Positions 33,706-44,101 of a DNA stretch of 64,000 nucleotides are shown here, one piece after another. Each line of letters starts with the position of its first letter. Position 1 is the stretch's first letter. Origin of the DNA: Synechococcus sp. (GTDB lineage Bacteria > Cyanobacteriota > Cyanobacteriia > PCC-6307 > Cyanobiaceae). Location of the stretch: NCBI GenBank assembly GCA_047285535.1, contig JBJBDC010000001.1, forward strand, positions 2,816,136 through 2,880,135, in the 5' to 3' direction. A model generated the notes under the pieces. The model had not been told where the DNA came from. It made no database searches and saw only the letters and a list, made by a program, of their open reading frames with translations. The translations under genes and the position numbers were made by a program.

Positions 33706-33739
33706 TTATGCCCCAACACGTTCCCGAGCTGGGGCATAA
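33706..33739 (-). terminator. stem-loop after cpeE
   Basis: TTATGCCCCA...TGGGGCATAA inverted repeat. Confidence 0.65.
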
Positions 33740-33750
33740 CGATAGGACCT

Positions 33751-34485
33751 TTAAGCCTTCGTAATACTAAGGATTTTTCCACCTTGAGCTAAAATACTTT
33801 TAATTGTTGATGACATTGAAATTTGGTTGACTACAGATTTTTGCGCGACACGACGATTAGCTCCCACCTGCTTAGGTGAGCTCCAGCTAATGGTTAACGC
33901 TCCTCCATTCCCCACTCCTCTGCGATTGGCGATATCTGGAATTGAGCCTGTTGTGATACTTTTCAATAGTGTTGAATTGTTTTGAGCACCATCGTATCCA
34001 GCATATCCAACTTCAATTGCATTCGATCTAGTGTAATTGATCGTTGTTCCTCCTTGTATTGTATTAGCTCCACGATTATAAGGAACCTGATCAATACCAA
34101 ATGCTTTCAAATATTCTTCGCTGTAGGTGTAACTCGCGATTTCCGTTTCGTACCCTTCTTCACTAAGTAGCCTTACATGCTCCATGATTTCGCTTTGATC
34201 ATGGGGGGCTCTCCCCAGTAGATGTTTAAAATTTAGCTCTACAAACTTATACGGACTATTTGTCTCAAGAAAAAGTTTTTTGTAGGTTTCTGACTGGGCT
34301 AGTGCTGTGACAAATCCTTGGACGGTTAGATCCCCATTGATAAAGAGTGCCTCTAATGAGTTGTTTACATCCAACTCCATAAGATGGCGGTTCCCAAACA
34401 CTTGGCGGTAAACCCTTTTGATTACATCAGCAGAGTGATCTAAATCTGCATTTGCTTGAGTTGAAAGGGTGATTGTTTCTGACAT
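33751..34485 (-). CDS. cpeE: PEI rod linker
   Basis: Linker domain (YRQVFGN, FKHLLGRAP) plus CpcD-like end GGKILSI; precedes cpeS. Confidence 0.82.
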   Translation of the reverse strand: MSETITLSTQANADLDHSADVIKRVYRQVFGNRHLMELDVNNSLEALFINGDLTVQGFVTALAQSETYKKLFLETNSPYKFVELNFKHLLGRAPHDQSEIMEHVRLLSEEGYETEIASYTYSEEYLKAFGIDQVPYNRGANTIQGGTTINYTRSNAIEVGYAGYDGAQNNSTLLKSITTGSIPDIANRRGVGNGGALTISWSSPKQVGANRRVAQKSVVNQISMSSTIKSILAQGGKILSITKA

Positions 34486-34511
34486 GGGTGTTTGAGAGAT
34501 GGGGTGAAGGC

Positions 34512-34545
34512 TAAGAAGAGTCTTCTGATCTGAAGGCTCTTCTTA
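34512..34545 (-). terminator. intergenic stem-loop between mpeD and cpeE
   Basis: TAAGAAGAGTCTTC-TGATCT-GAAGGCTCTTCTTA. Confidence 0.6.
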
Positions 34546-34563
34546 TTAAAGATTAATTTGTAC

Positions 34564-36210
34564 TTACATCACCTCAGTGATCGAGAGGATCTTGCCTCCA
34601 CGTGAGTGGATGTATTTCATTTGGCTTGACATGTCTTTGCCTGATACAAGATAAGTACTTCCAGCCGTGCGTTGTCTGCTTCGTGCGGTTTGTGTACCAA
34701 CAACAATTCTGAACCGCTTCTTGGTTGGATCTGGTGATCCTGACTGGGTTCCAGTTCGATTGATTCTCGTTGTGGTTGAACTCCAACCTCCTGGAACTGT
34801 TCCAGTAGCTACAGAGGTTACGAGTGATGACCCTGTTTGAACGGTGTCACTCGCTGCATATCCTTCAGCTAATTTCAGGTGACGATTAAATCCAACCTGA
34901 GACCGTCCATTTTCCGACAGAATACGTGCATAAGGCACTGTGTCTTCGCCGAAGGTGGTTTGATATTCAACGCTGTCCACATAGCTACAAATCTCAGCTT
35001 CGTAACCACTTTCTGCAAGGATTTTTGTGTGCTCGCTGATTTCAGCTTGCGATTTTGGTGCTCTCCCTAAGAAGTGCTTAAAGTTTAATTCAATGAAGCG
35101 ATAAGGAGCATTGGTCTCGAAGAAACGACGCTTATATTCTGCCGAAAGTCCTAGTGCACGGACCAACTCACGAGTACTTAGATAGCCATCGAGGAATTTA
35201 CTTTCAGCTGTGATTGCCCGTTCAAATTCCATCAGATGTGGGTTGCCCATCACCTGTTTGTATGTGGCTCTAATGAGAGCATTGAGTTGATCTGTTGAGT
35301 CACCAGGGCAGCGTTGGAATGTTTCCTGCTCTCGTTGGCCCAGGCCAAAGAAGACGTAACTATCTCCACGCATCGGCGCTCCATCTTTCCCGCTGGTCAC
35401 TCCAGGTGCTCTGCTGTTAAAGCGACCCGATACAAAGCTAGGAGTAGGACGTACACCGATGGATTCCGAAGGTACGTTGATTCTTGGAGCTCTCCCACTT
35501 CCATAGCTACTGATCAGTGTGCTAATACCACCTCTGGCACTATCACTACCTGCAAAGCTTTTTTGAATTCCAGCTAGCAATGGAAATGCAGAAGTTGCTA
35601 AATCTGCTGGTGAGGACCAAGCTCTCGCGTAAGGAACTACATCAGTTCCGAAAACCTCGAGATATTCAGCGGAATCGACAAGGCTATCGATTAATGCTTC
35701 TTGTCCATGTGCGGCCTGGATAGCTATTTTTGCTGAGATCTCAGCTTGTGAATGAGGTGCTCTACCTAAGAGGTGCTTAAAGTTAAGTTCAATGCCTCTT
35801 TGTGGACCTACAGATGTGAAAAATCTTTGTTTGTAAAAACTTGATTTTGCCAATCCCCGAACGAAATCACGAACCGTTAAATCTCCATTTCGAAGTTGTG
35901 CTTCCAGTTCATTGCATCGCTCGAAATCCATGACATGAGCGTTGCCAAATATCTGGCGATATGAAGCTGCTATGACATCATCAAGAGCTGAATTATCGTC
36001 TGGGCTGTAGCATTCGAATGTCACTTGATGAGGACAGTCTGCGTGACTTCTTGGTCCAACACCAATTGCCATTTGTTGGCATGAATTTTGTAGAAATTCA
36101 CCAATTGTTAATGCTGCTTTCTGCCCCGCTGCTCCCTTCTTTTGAAAGCTGACTGGGGTATTCCACTTGGTTTCTGCGCCGAATCCTGCTGAGGTTTTGT
36201 TGGTTGACAT
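34564..36210 (-). CDS. mpeD: double-domain PEI/PEII rod linker
   Basis: 548 aa, MpeC-like N-half with Cys motif, second linker domain, CpcD-like end. Confidence 0.88.
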   Translation of the reverse strand: MSTNKTSAGFGAETKWNTPVSFQKKGAAGQKAALTIGEFLQNSCQQMAIGVGPRSHADCPHQVTFECYSPDDNSALDDVIAASYRQIFGNAHVMDFERCNELEAQLRNGDLTVRDFVRGLAKSSFYKQRFFTSVGPQRGIELNFKHLLGRAPHSQAEISAKIAIQAAHGQEALIDSLVDSAEYLEVFGTDVVPYARAWSSPADLATSAFPLLAGIQKSFAGSDSARGGISTLISSYGSGRAPRINVPSESIGVRPTPSFVSGRFNSRAPGVTSGKDGAPMRGDSYVFFGLGQREQETFQRCPGDSTDQLNALIRATYKQVMGNPHLMEFERAITAESKFLDGYLSTRELVRALGLSAEYKRRFFETNAPYRFIELNFKHFLGRAPKSQAEISEHTKILAESGYEAEICSYVDSVEYQTTFGEDTVPYARILSENGRSQVGFNRHLKLAEGYAASDTVQTGSSLVTSVATGTVPGGWSSTTTRINRTGTQSGSPDPTKKRFRIVVGTQTARSRQRTAGSTYLVSGKDMSSQMKYIHSRGGKILSITEVM

Positions 36211-36260
36211 AATTAGATTTGGGTTTGAATAAAGATTTTGTGGAGCTGAAAAGGGTTGAA

Positions 36261-37145
36261 TTAGGTTAATGGTGTAATACTTGAGATTTTTCCTCCTTCA
36301 CGATGTATCCGCTTAAATTGCTCTGATAGCTTATCAAATGGTACGTAATAAACACGATTCGATTTTGTGTAGCGCGATATGCGACGCACATTATTGGCAC
36401 TATATCCTGTTACTTCAACACGATAGGTAGTTCCTTCTTGTCCAGCACCCACGCCTAAGCGAGTAGGTGCATCTTGAAGATTTTTCGACCTTCTGAAGCT
36501 CCAGCCAGTCGTTTGATTGGATGAGGGAGGAATTACTGGCAGAGGGAGGTTTTGATAAACCGCTCCACCCAATTTGCTTGTAATTCCTGAGATATCACCC
36601 TTCAGGCTGCTACTGCTATTACCGCGTAGGAGTTGGAAACTCCATGTGAATTCTTGGAGAGTTGTACAACTTTCAGTTTTCCACCCTCGTTGGAATGGTA
36701 CGACCCACTCACCATAGGTATTCTGATAGTCATCAGAATCTAGAAAACTGTCTATATCTGCTTCATATCCGTGGCTGTCAAGACGTTCTGCATGCGTGCG
36801 CATTTCTTGAAAGTCAACCGGTGCTCTTCCCAGAAGGTGTCGGAACGCTAGCTCTATATACCGATATCTCGGGCAGTTTTCGTAAAATCGGCTCCGGTAC
36901 AGATCACTTTTGGCGATCCTCCGGATGAGCTCTCTAACACTGATTTCACCGAGTTTGAACTGTGATTCTGCAACAAGCTGGCGCTCACTCTCCATGACGT
37001 AAGCGTTGCCTAGAACTTGCTTGTAGATCGCTTTGATCAAAGTTTCCTTATGGGCGTCATTGTCGCCTGGAAGTAGTTCGAGCGGTGCTTCACTCTCTGT
37101 TGAGAAGCGTTCAACCCCAAGTAGCGAGGCAGGACCAAAGGGCAT
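36261..37145 (-). CDS. cpeC: PEI rod linker
   Basis: MPFGPASLLG, linker domain, VPFDKLSEQFKRIHREGGKISSI. Confidence 0.92.
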   Translation of the reverse strand: MPFGPASLLGVERFSTESEAPLELLPGDNDAHKETLIKAIYKQVLGNAYVMESERQLVAESQFKLGEISVRELIRRIAKSDLYRSRFYENCPRYRYIELAFRHLLGRAPVDFQEMRTHAERLDSHGYEADIDSFLDSDDYQNTYGEWVVPFQRGWKTESCTTLQEFTWSFQLLRGNSSSSLKGDISGITSKLGGAVYQNLPLPVIPPSSNQTTGWSFRRSKNLQDAPTRLGVGAGQEGTTYRVEVTGYSANNVRRISRYTKSNRVYYVPFDKLSEQFKRIHREGGKISSITPLT

Positions 37146-37306
37146 GAATAGCTCTCTCGTTTATCTCCATACAATCTCTTCGAAATTCGCTCTAATCGGA
37201 CAGCTTCTTTATAAAGCTCAATCAAGTGTTTTGATTTGTTGCGTGGAACGACAAAATCCAGCGCTCGCAAGGGAAACGACGCAGCATCGCCAGCAGCATT
37301 GTTAAA

Positions 37307-37996
37307 TTATGTATCTAAGAGTAGTGATTCAAGGCTCCCTCTAGCTGTGTTTCTTGTAAGTGGATTCCAATGATCTAATTCCAGTGCAGGCCTGTCTAGA
37401 AGTTGTTCAATCATTGATTCCATCCCTGTGCAGTATGAGAAATCTGTACCCTTGATACACTCCAATGTATCTAAGTTGGCTTCCGTAAGATCGGCGCCTC
37501 TTAGGTCTGCCATATTGAGTTCGCTTGTCCCAAATCGAGCCCCTCGACACATAGCTCCTCTCAAAATTGCATGGCGCAGGTCTGCACCTGCTAAAGAAAC
37601 GTTATCCAGTATTGCTCCGCTTAAATCGGCACCACTGAGATAAGCTCCCATTAAAGATCCGTTACGCAGATCAATTCCTCTTAAATCAGCATTATTTAAA
37701 AATGCCCCATTCAGTTTAGCTCCAGGCCCTATAGCGCCACTCGTTTGAATTGCAAACCCTTCAGGGAATTGTGTTTTTTGGTCATATTTTGCCAGGCGTA
37801 TATCTACTTTATCTAGCAGGCAATATTTTAAATTCGTTCCTCTCAAATCAGTACGACATAAATTAGCTTCTCGTAAATCAAGTGAGCCAAGATCTTTTTG
37901 GCTCCAATTGGCTCCTCTGGCATCTATTGGACCATCATTAATATCTTCAGGACTGATTGTTTCCGGAGCTTTCCAAGTGCTTAGATCAATGTTCAT
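37307..37996 (-). CDS. pentapeptide repeat protein
   Basis: Repeated A(D/N)Lxx units. Confidence 0.88.
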   Translation of the reverse strand: MNIDLSTWKAPETISPEDINDGPIDARGANWSQKDLGSLDLREANLCRTDLRGTNLKYCLLDKVDIRLAKYDQKTQFPEGFAIQTSGAIGPGAKLNGAFLNNADLRGIDLRNGSLMGAYLSGADLSGAILDNVSLAGADLRHAILRGAMCRGARFGTSELNMADLRGADLTEANLDTLECIKGTDFSYCTGMESMIEQLLDRPALELDHWNPLTRNTARGSLESLLLDT

Positions 37997-38001
37997 TTGA
38001 T

Positions 38002-38760
38002 TTAATTTTGCAGCATTGAAACGCCAATTGTAAGAATTACCCTTGAGACTTCAAATCCACCAATTGCAAATAATATCAGCCAGATTTTGATCACCCATGC
38101 CGGTGGTTGTCCCACTATTAGATTGACTTGAGCTGATAATCCACCAGTGGTAAATGTTTTGTTGACGCACTTTCTTTCAATGAGTGTTTTTTTCCAGTCC
38201 TCTCCATAGCGAGGAAATTGTTGATACATTGGCATGTCTCCTATTGAGCGTCCTGGAATTAATCTTCCGCGTTGAGCTGGTGTGCCATCATATCCAAAGG
38301 TTGTCATGTATTCATTGCTTTCAAGGATTTGATCTACAAAAGCAGGAAATCCTTTCTCGGCTATGATGATAGACCAAGCTAGCCTTTCATTGTCTCCACT
38401 TACAGCACGCCCTAATACTCTGCCTATCACTTGATCCACCATTCTATAATTAGAACTGCATTGATAATAGCCTTGCTGGAATCTTTCTGACAATAAAAGC
38501 CCTCGTATGAAATCGCGCATGGTTATGTATCCGCTTCTTAACTGAGACTCGAGATATAAATCTCGATCACATTGCATGGCATGAAAGAATATTTGTTGAT
38601 AAGCTTCTTCTATTAAGGTATCCATATCCCTTCTCATTGAACTGGAGGAGGAAGAAATTTCACCGGTTCCTTGGTATTTAACCGAATCCTTGTTACCAGC
38701 AAGATTGGTGACACGACTGTTCTGGCTCTTCAGAGAGTAATTGCGAACAGGGATTGCCAT
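38002..38760 (-). CDS. cpcL: rod-membrane linker, CpcG2/CpcL type
   Basis: MAIP..Y, CpcG domain (LESQLRSG.ITMRDFIRGL), hydrophobic C-terminal helix. Confidence 0.82.
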   Translation of the reverse strand: MAIPVRNYSLKSQNSRVTNLAGNKDSVKYQGTGEISSSSSSMRRDMDTLIEEAYQQIFFHAMQCDRDLYLESQLRSGYITMRDFIRGLLLSERFQQGYYQCSSNYRMVDQVIGRVLGRAVSGDNERLAWSIIIAEKGFPAFVDQILESNEYMTTFGYDGTPAQRGRLIPGRSIGDMPMYQQFPRYGEDWKKTLIERKCVNKTFTTGGLSAQVNLIVGQPPAWVIKIWLILFAIGGFEVSRVILTIGVSMLQN

Positions 38761-38922
38761 GGATGCTGTCTGCCTTCTAGGTATAATTGCTAATTGTATG
38801 GGTTGCGGCTGAAGTTTTTATGATCTGTTCCTAAATCTTAAAGTCCAATTTTACGTTTTACCTAGCCAAATCTTATCAGTTTTGTGATTAGAGCCCTAAT
38901 ATTATCTACTTATTGTTAATAT

Positions 38923-38959
38923 AAAAAATGGCAGCAGTGATGATTTCGTCTGCTGCCAT
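38923..38959 (-). terminator. terminator after extra PEII linker
   Basis: ATGGCAGCAG...CTGCTGCCAT with A6 tract. Confidence 0.75.
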
Positions 38960-39043
38960 AAGGCTCTTCAGTTTGGCGCTATGGGGATATTCTTCTACGT
39001 CTAAGTTGGTATTTATGGTCAGTATATTTGTATCGTTAATCGT

Positions 39044-39874
39044 CTATCTTTTTGTTGTTTGTGGCACGAACATTCTTTTGAAGGCAGCTGATAAAGGATC
39101 TGTAACAGCTTTTGAATAACTAAATCCGGAGACATCGTAATCATCTGAGGATGTGCCTAGTTTTCTTGCATTTGCTAAAGCCATCACGAGTTGGCTTCTT
39201 TCTCCAATGATTGTGTCCGAGCTTGCATTTCCTGCACTCACAGAACACATATTCACAAAGGTTGAGCAATAGAATCCTGCTTCAGATTTCCAGGCTCGAT
39301 CATAAGGTACGGTGTCAGTCCCAAATACCTCAAGGTATTCTCCAGAGGTTGTGACTTTGTTGACGAATGCATCGAATCCATGATTGGCAATAAATTCAAT
39401 ATTTTCGCTAATCTCATGTTGGCTTATTGGTGGTCTGCCTAGAATATGTTTGAGAGTAAGCTCTACCCCTCTAATTGGTGATACTTTATAAAAAAATAGA
39501 TTTTTGTACATATCTGACTTTGCCAAGCCAGCTACAAAATCTCTGGTTTTGATTCTTCCGTCTCTAAGTTGTGATTCCAGTTCTGTGCAACGTTGACTAT
39601 CGGTTGGCTTGGCATTGCCAAAAATTTGCTTGTAAGAGCTGCAAATAGTAAGTTCTAATGCCGTATTCCCTGAGGCTGCATATTCGTCTGATTTGACGCC
39701 AAATGGGCACTCACCATGATGTCTTGGACCAATGCCAATTCCCATGGCCTTGCATTGGTTTTCTTTAAACTGTTCAGGGGTCAGTGCGGCCTGCTGATTA
39801 ATTGTTGTATTTGTTTTGCTAAATGAGGTGCGAGCATTATTGGTGAAATCACGTTTTTGTTTGATGGCGACCAT
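39044..39874 (-). CDS. additional chromophorylated PEII linker (MpeE/F/G/H group)
   Basis: QCKAMGIGIGPRHHGECP motif plus linker domain; exact paralogue name not assignable by eye. Confidence 0.82.
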   Translation of the reverse strand: MVAIKQKRDFTNNARTSFSKTNTTINQQAALTPEQFKENQCKAMGIGIGPRHHGECPFGVKSDEYAASGNTALELTICSSYKQIFGNAKPTDSQRCTELESQLRDGRIKTRDFVAGLAKSDMYKNLFFYKVSPIRGVELTLKHILGRPPISQHEISENIEFIANHGFDAFVNKVTTSGEYLEVFGTDTVPYDRAWKSEAGFYCSTFVNMCSVSAGNASSDTIIGERSQLVMALANARKLGTSSDDYDVSGFSYSKAVTDPLSAAFKRMFVPQTTKR

Positions 39875-40089
39875 GGCTTGGAAATTCCAGTCTCAATGGC
39901 ATGGATCTTAGTTTTCTTAAGCCTAAACTTGACTGTTTCCCTTGGTTTCGCAACAAAAATTTTGGGAGCAGCTTCGCTGCGTAGAACTGTGTTTATTTGT
40001 CATCTCTCCGTATAGTCCATTCGTTCGTGAATTCATAGGCATCAAACTCACAATGACATTAGAAGTCTTCTTGTGTGTGCCGGCCCTCT

Positions 40090-40665
40090 TCAAGATGGAT
40101 TCATTTCCTTTATTAAATGATCAAAGCAATCATTGAGTAAATTAATCTCAGGCAGTTCTTCCTTATTGGCATAGACTTCATTGCATCTGTTCTGCAGCTC
40201 TTTAAGACATATCATCAGGCCATCGATTGGTACTTCTAATTCTGCGTAGAGTTTCTTGAGTGCTTCTACTCCTTTTTGATCAGTGATGTTGTGATCTCCG
40301 GCTGCTGTTCCATAGATACTTATTCGGGCAAAATGGAAGCAGTCTCTCCAGCATGCTTCAGCTCTTTCTTTCGGGTAGAGGGAGCCTCCAGGTTCTGTGA
40401 TATTTGGTTTTTTCTTGAGGAGATGTTTTTTTGCCTGATCGATGAGGCTTGACAATTGGGCTTGAAGGATTTCAAGTTTATGGGGGTCGCTTTGAGATCT
40501 TCCGCAAAGTATTGTTAACTCGAATCCACTTAACAATCTTTTCTCGCTATTGGCTGCATAGAGAATTTGTTGGTGTGAAATCGGTAAATTCGGATTTTGA
40601 TGTAATCCGAATATTTGCGCTCGTTTTGCTAATGATTCAATCCTCTCTTTCGACATTTCCTTCAT
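40090..40665 (-). CDS. aplA: allophycocyanin-like protein
   Basis: PGGSLYPKERAEACWRD, LYAELEVP phycobiliprotein fold motifs. Confidence 0.85.
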   Translation of the reverse strand: MKEMSKERIESLAKRAQIFGLHQNPNLPISHQQILYAANSEKRLLSGFELTILCGRSQSDPHKLEILQAQLSSLIDQAKKHLLKKKPNITEPGGSLYPKERAEACWRDCFHFARISIYGTAAGDHNITDQKGVEALKKLYAELEVPIDGLMICLKELQNRCNEVYANKEELPEINLLNDCFDHLIKEMNPS

Positions 40666-40674
40666 GGGTTCTTT

Positions 40675-41109
40675 CTATTTTCTCAGTTGTTTGACGTCAA
40701 TGACTGGCGATGCTGTTAGCCAGCCATGGCGCTCAAGATAAAAAGCCCATGTAATCTCTGATCCAAGCCCAGGACAGTACTTGCAGACTGCTTCAGCGAG
40801 ATCGTTTGGTATTTCAAGGCACTTCAAAAGGTGGATGATTTCATTCTTTTTATTAATCTTTGTCGAACGTATTGCTGCTCCAACGACCCAGGTCAGTTTT
40901 GTAGAAGTAAGTTCATCCTGGTTGCTTTCGCAGGCTAATAGTATATTTACCGGCTCGTTAATGTTTTTGAGTGTTTCTTCCCAGAGCATCATGTCGTCGG
41001 ATTTAAGATTCAATCTAAGAATCTCGTTGCCAATATTGAAGTGAATCTCTTCCTCGCTTGAGGTGTTGCTTAATAAATCTGTCAGGCTCTGCTCAGATTT
41101 GTTTTTCAT
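40675..41109 (-). CDS. conserved PBS-region hypothetical protein
   Basis: NILLACES, LTWVVGAAIR, CPGLG, WAFYLERHGWL; co-oriented with aplA. Confidence 0.75.
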   Translation of the reverse strand: MKNKSEQSLTDLLSNTSSEEEIHFNIGNEILRLNLKSDDMMLWEETLKNINEPVNILLACESNQDELTSTKLTWVVGAAIRSTKINKKNEIIHLLKCLEIPNDLAEAVCKYCPGLGSEITWAFYLERHGWLTASPVIDVKQLRK

Positions 41110-41639
41110 GCTTCGACTCCCTGTTGTCTCCCGGCGATCGATTCTGTAGTATCCATCTTCAGCCTATTTCTCGTAGGACAGCTTGCATGTTGTTTAATCT
41201 GCACAAAACTATAGGTTTTTGGGTTTTCAGATCGTTTTTGCTTGAAATTGCTACAAGGCTAGAAATGATAGTTGAAGGCTTTTTGCGGGCTAGTCCTTTT
41301 TCGTTGTTCTTTTTCAGTCATTGTGGTTCTTCTCTTTCCAATGTGAATCGAAAATCATATATACCTGTTATTTCTCTTGGACCGTCGCTATCTGCCTGAG
41401 TCAGTGCTTTTCATTCTCTCGATCATCTGTTTTTCTTCATCTTCCCTGGCCGAGTTCACTATGAGATCTCGGTTTGGATTTGATGTTATTGATAATCTTT
41501 GATTCTTTTTCTTGTGGACTGCTCTACTCCCTTTCGGTTTATGCGCTGGCCTTGCGGCTTTCGTTTGTTGTGATGGACAACGTTGCATTCATCGATATCA
41601 TCTGATTGTCGTTTCAATCACCTTTTGGGTATTTTATCC

Positions 41640-42068
41640 ATGAATGCTCCAATCCATAACTTAGATCAGCAGTTAAGCCGTCAGCTCCATTTGGTCAGTG
41701 AGATTGCCGAAGCGCTGACGCTCAGATTTCTGAGTCTTGAAGAGCAGCTTAAGCAACTATCTGGACGCCTGGAATCTCTAGATTCTCAATCTTCTGATGA
41801 TTCTGAAAGCTTTGAATTGCTCTCTGACAGTAATAATCGCCTTGTTCAGTTACGCGGTCTTCTGAATGAGGTATCGTCTAGTGATCCTGTACCGCTAGAA
41901 GTAGTCAAGAACTTTGAGCACGATTCAGATTCCTTGAGCGTTCAATCAGAGGATTTTGCTGACCAACAAATGATTGACGTCAACGATTCAGACGAGCGAC
42001 TTATGGATGATCTCGAAAAAGGAAATTATGAAATCAATGATGAGAGTGAAGACTTGTTGTCAGCTTGA
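41640..42068 (+). CDS. acidic coiled-coil hypothetical protein
   Basis: QLHLVSEIAEALTLRFLSLEE, D/E-rich tail. Confidence 0.7.
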   Translation: MNAPIHNLDQQLSRQLHLVSEIAEALTLRFLSLEEQLKQLSGRLESLDSQSSDDSESFELLSDSNNRLVQLRGLLNEVSSSDPVPLEVVKNFEHDSDSLSVQSEDFADQQMIDVNDSDERLMDDLEKGNYEINDESEDLLSA

Positions 42069-42314
42069 TGTATTGGGCGCACCTAAGTTCAGTAAGCGTA
42101 CTCGAAAGGTAGCGATCTGACGTGCTTGCTCTGGTTCGTTCTGTAAAAAAGGGTGCTCCCCCATGGTTTGAAATACTTTTTCGATGCGCGCATCAATACT
42201 TAGAGTTTTAAAATTCTCAAGACTGTCCAATTCCTTCCATCTGCGGTCAAATACCATTGCAAATCCATCGGGATTGTTGAAGCTGCGATCGTCATCTATG
42301 GGTACTCGAATCAT
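42060..42314 (-). CDS. conserved PBS-region hypothetical protein
   Basis: MIRVPIDDDRSFNNPDGFAMVFDRRW...HPF...FRVRLL. Confidence 0.72.
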   Translation of the reverse strand: MIRVPIDDDRSFNNPDGFAMVFDRRWKELDSLENFKTLSIDARIEKVFQTMGEHPFLQNEPEQARQIATFRVRLLNLGAPNTSS

Positions 42315-42832
42315 TGTTGTTTCAAGGAAAATGGTGAAAAAAACTTGATGATAGGCTCCTTTAATGGGCTCTTGGACCATTCAAGTTGCTTATTGCTGGA
42401 AGCTTTTTGTTTTTGATTGGCTCCAACACTTTAACCCCTTGCTTTGCTCTAGAAGCAAGCACCTGCTGATGTGCAATATTGAGTTCCTCGCTCTCATACC
42501 CGTTAACGTCGCATCAATGTTTTGATGACAGCCTTGATCTTGGATATGGAAAGCCTCTCTCCACTCGGTTTGTTGAAGACTCTTTGGTGAGAAATGCACT
42601 GCCACCAACATTACAATCAATACCTCTTGTAAATAATCTTTTGATCCGGAGCTTTCTATTCCCTTTCGCGAGATCAAACTTTGGTTTATCCAGAACCCGA
42701 GATTAAACTGGCTCTAAATTAGACGGAAAAGAAGCACCTCTGGATCATGTGATTAATGCTTGATCTGCGTTCCAATCGAGATCTCCTGATTATTTTCTTC
42801 CTGTAGTTGGTTCTGTGTCGGCTTTGGTTTGG

Positions 42833-43075
42833 TCAAAGGGTACCTGCTTTTTTTGCTGATTCCAGCAGTGCAGCCATCCTTTCAGCATCATTGCAGTAGT
42901 AGTAGTAGTTGAAGGATGACCTATGTGCAAGAGCTCCTTATCAAGAGCGCCATCTAGCCCATCCTCGGAGCCCTTGACAAGAGGATTACAGCTGAGAGGA
43001 GCTTGATGCGTTGCTGAACGTGACACAAGATTGGAGGCCGCATGTGGTGAATGTGTTGATCTCTGAGGCGGCCAT
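42833..43075 (-). pseudogene. possible decayed small ORF
   Basis: 81 codons ATG to TGA with internal stops at 42986-42988 and 42938-42943; no family recognised. Confidence 0.3.
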
Positions 43076-43349
43076 TGTTCATGCAGGGAGATGACGTTAA
43101 GAAATGAAATATTGATTGGACCGTAGTGATTGATGAGGAGAATTCCGCGTGAGTGTTTTCTTTGTTTTGAATTGCTTCGGAGGTTTTGATTCGCTTGTGC
43201 CGTGTTGCCCAATTTGAGAACAGCTTTTGCGCAGTGTTTTGACTCCACGACGCCACGTTGGCTCAAGGGTGAATATGGTCAGTTCCTCTGGCAGGTGCTA
43301 GGTAGCTCCAAGCCGCAGCAATCTGACCGTTCAGCTTGTGGTTTGGTAA

Positions 43350-43422
43350 TGCCAGGACCCAGATTTGAACTGGGGACACGGCGATTTTCAGTCGCCTGCT
43401 CTACCAACTGAGCTATCCCGGC
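43350..43422 (-). tRNA. tRNA-Phe(GAA)
   Basis: GCCGGGATAGCTCAGTTGGTAGAGC...CTGAAAA...GTTCAAATC...CCTGGCA. Confidence 0.97.
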
Positions 43423-43452
43423 ACGTCGCTTTCACGACTGCAGAATCTTAAA

Positions 43453-44082
43453 TCACGGTGTGCGCGCAAGACAGATCAAACCTTGCACCTCAACTCCATG
43501 TTGCTTCAATGTTTGAAGGGCTTCTGTGGCCGTGGCACCGCTGGTGAGAATGTCATCGACCACCCAGGTGGGTGCCTTTTTGACAGGCCGTGACTGGTGG
43601 TCTGGATCAATCTCAAAGGCAGACTGCATGTTGACGAGTCGCTGGTTGCGAACGAGGTGGTGCTGCCCCACTGTCCGGCGACATCGTTTAAGCAGCCTCT
43701 GGGTGGTGAGTTCCAGACTTCGGCAGATCAATGTAGGAAGTGGATTGGCTCGGTGCTCTGCCTTCCAGCTTGGAATAGGAACAAGGAGAGCATTTGCCGG
43801 TAGGACTTTGCGAAGAGCGAAGGTGATCGCCTGAAGCACGCTTCGATCTTGTTTGACACGTTGGCGCAGGATTTCACGGCGAAGTTCTCCTCGATACCAC
43901 CCTGCAGAGTGGTATCGAACAGGAGTGATGCCTTTTAATCCCATCTCCATGAGCCCCAATTTCTGACAGCAATCGCTGCATGGGTTCATAGCCTGTTGAT
44001 GGGTCTTGATCTCACTCCTGCAAATTGGGCAAGAAGGCAAGAGGAAGAGCTCTTGGAGAGAAGCCTGAAGTGCACTTGGCAA
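43453..44082 (-). CDS. comF: ComF-family phosphoribosyltransferase-like protein
   Basis: CPIC..CSDC, LVPIP, VVDDILTSGAT. Confidence 0.85.
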   Translation of the reverse strand: MPSALQASLQELFLLPSCPICRSEIKTHQQAMNPCSDCCQKLGLMEMGLKGITPVRYHSAGWYRGELRREILRQRVKQDRSVLQAITFALRKVLPANALLVPIPSWKAEHRANPLPTLICRSLELTTQRLLKRCRRTVGQHHLVRNQRLVNMQSAFEIDPDHQSRPVKKAPTWVVDDILTSGATATEALQTLKQHGVEVQGLICLARTP

Positions 44083-44101
44083 GGAGTCCAGCCGACTACC
44101 T

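Noticed and set aside
37307..37996. Periodic sequence as a DNA repeat or CRISPR array
   Set aside because: Periodicity is protein-level pentapeptide repeats; no repeat-spacer array or cas gene was seen anywhere in the window.
42890..43060. Tyrosine recombinase remnant (STHSPH...ELLHIGHPSTTTT)
   Set aside because: Only superficial resemblance; no HxxR or catalytic Tyr, wrong spacing, and the Thr run comes from a trinucleotide repeat.
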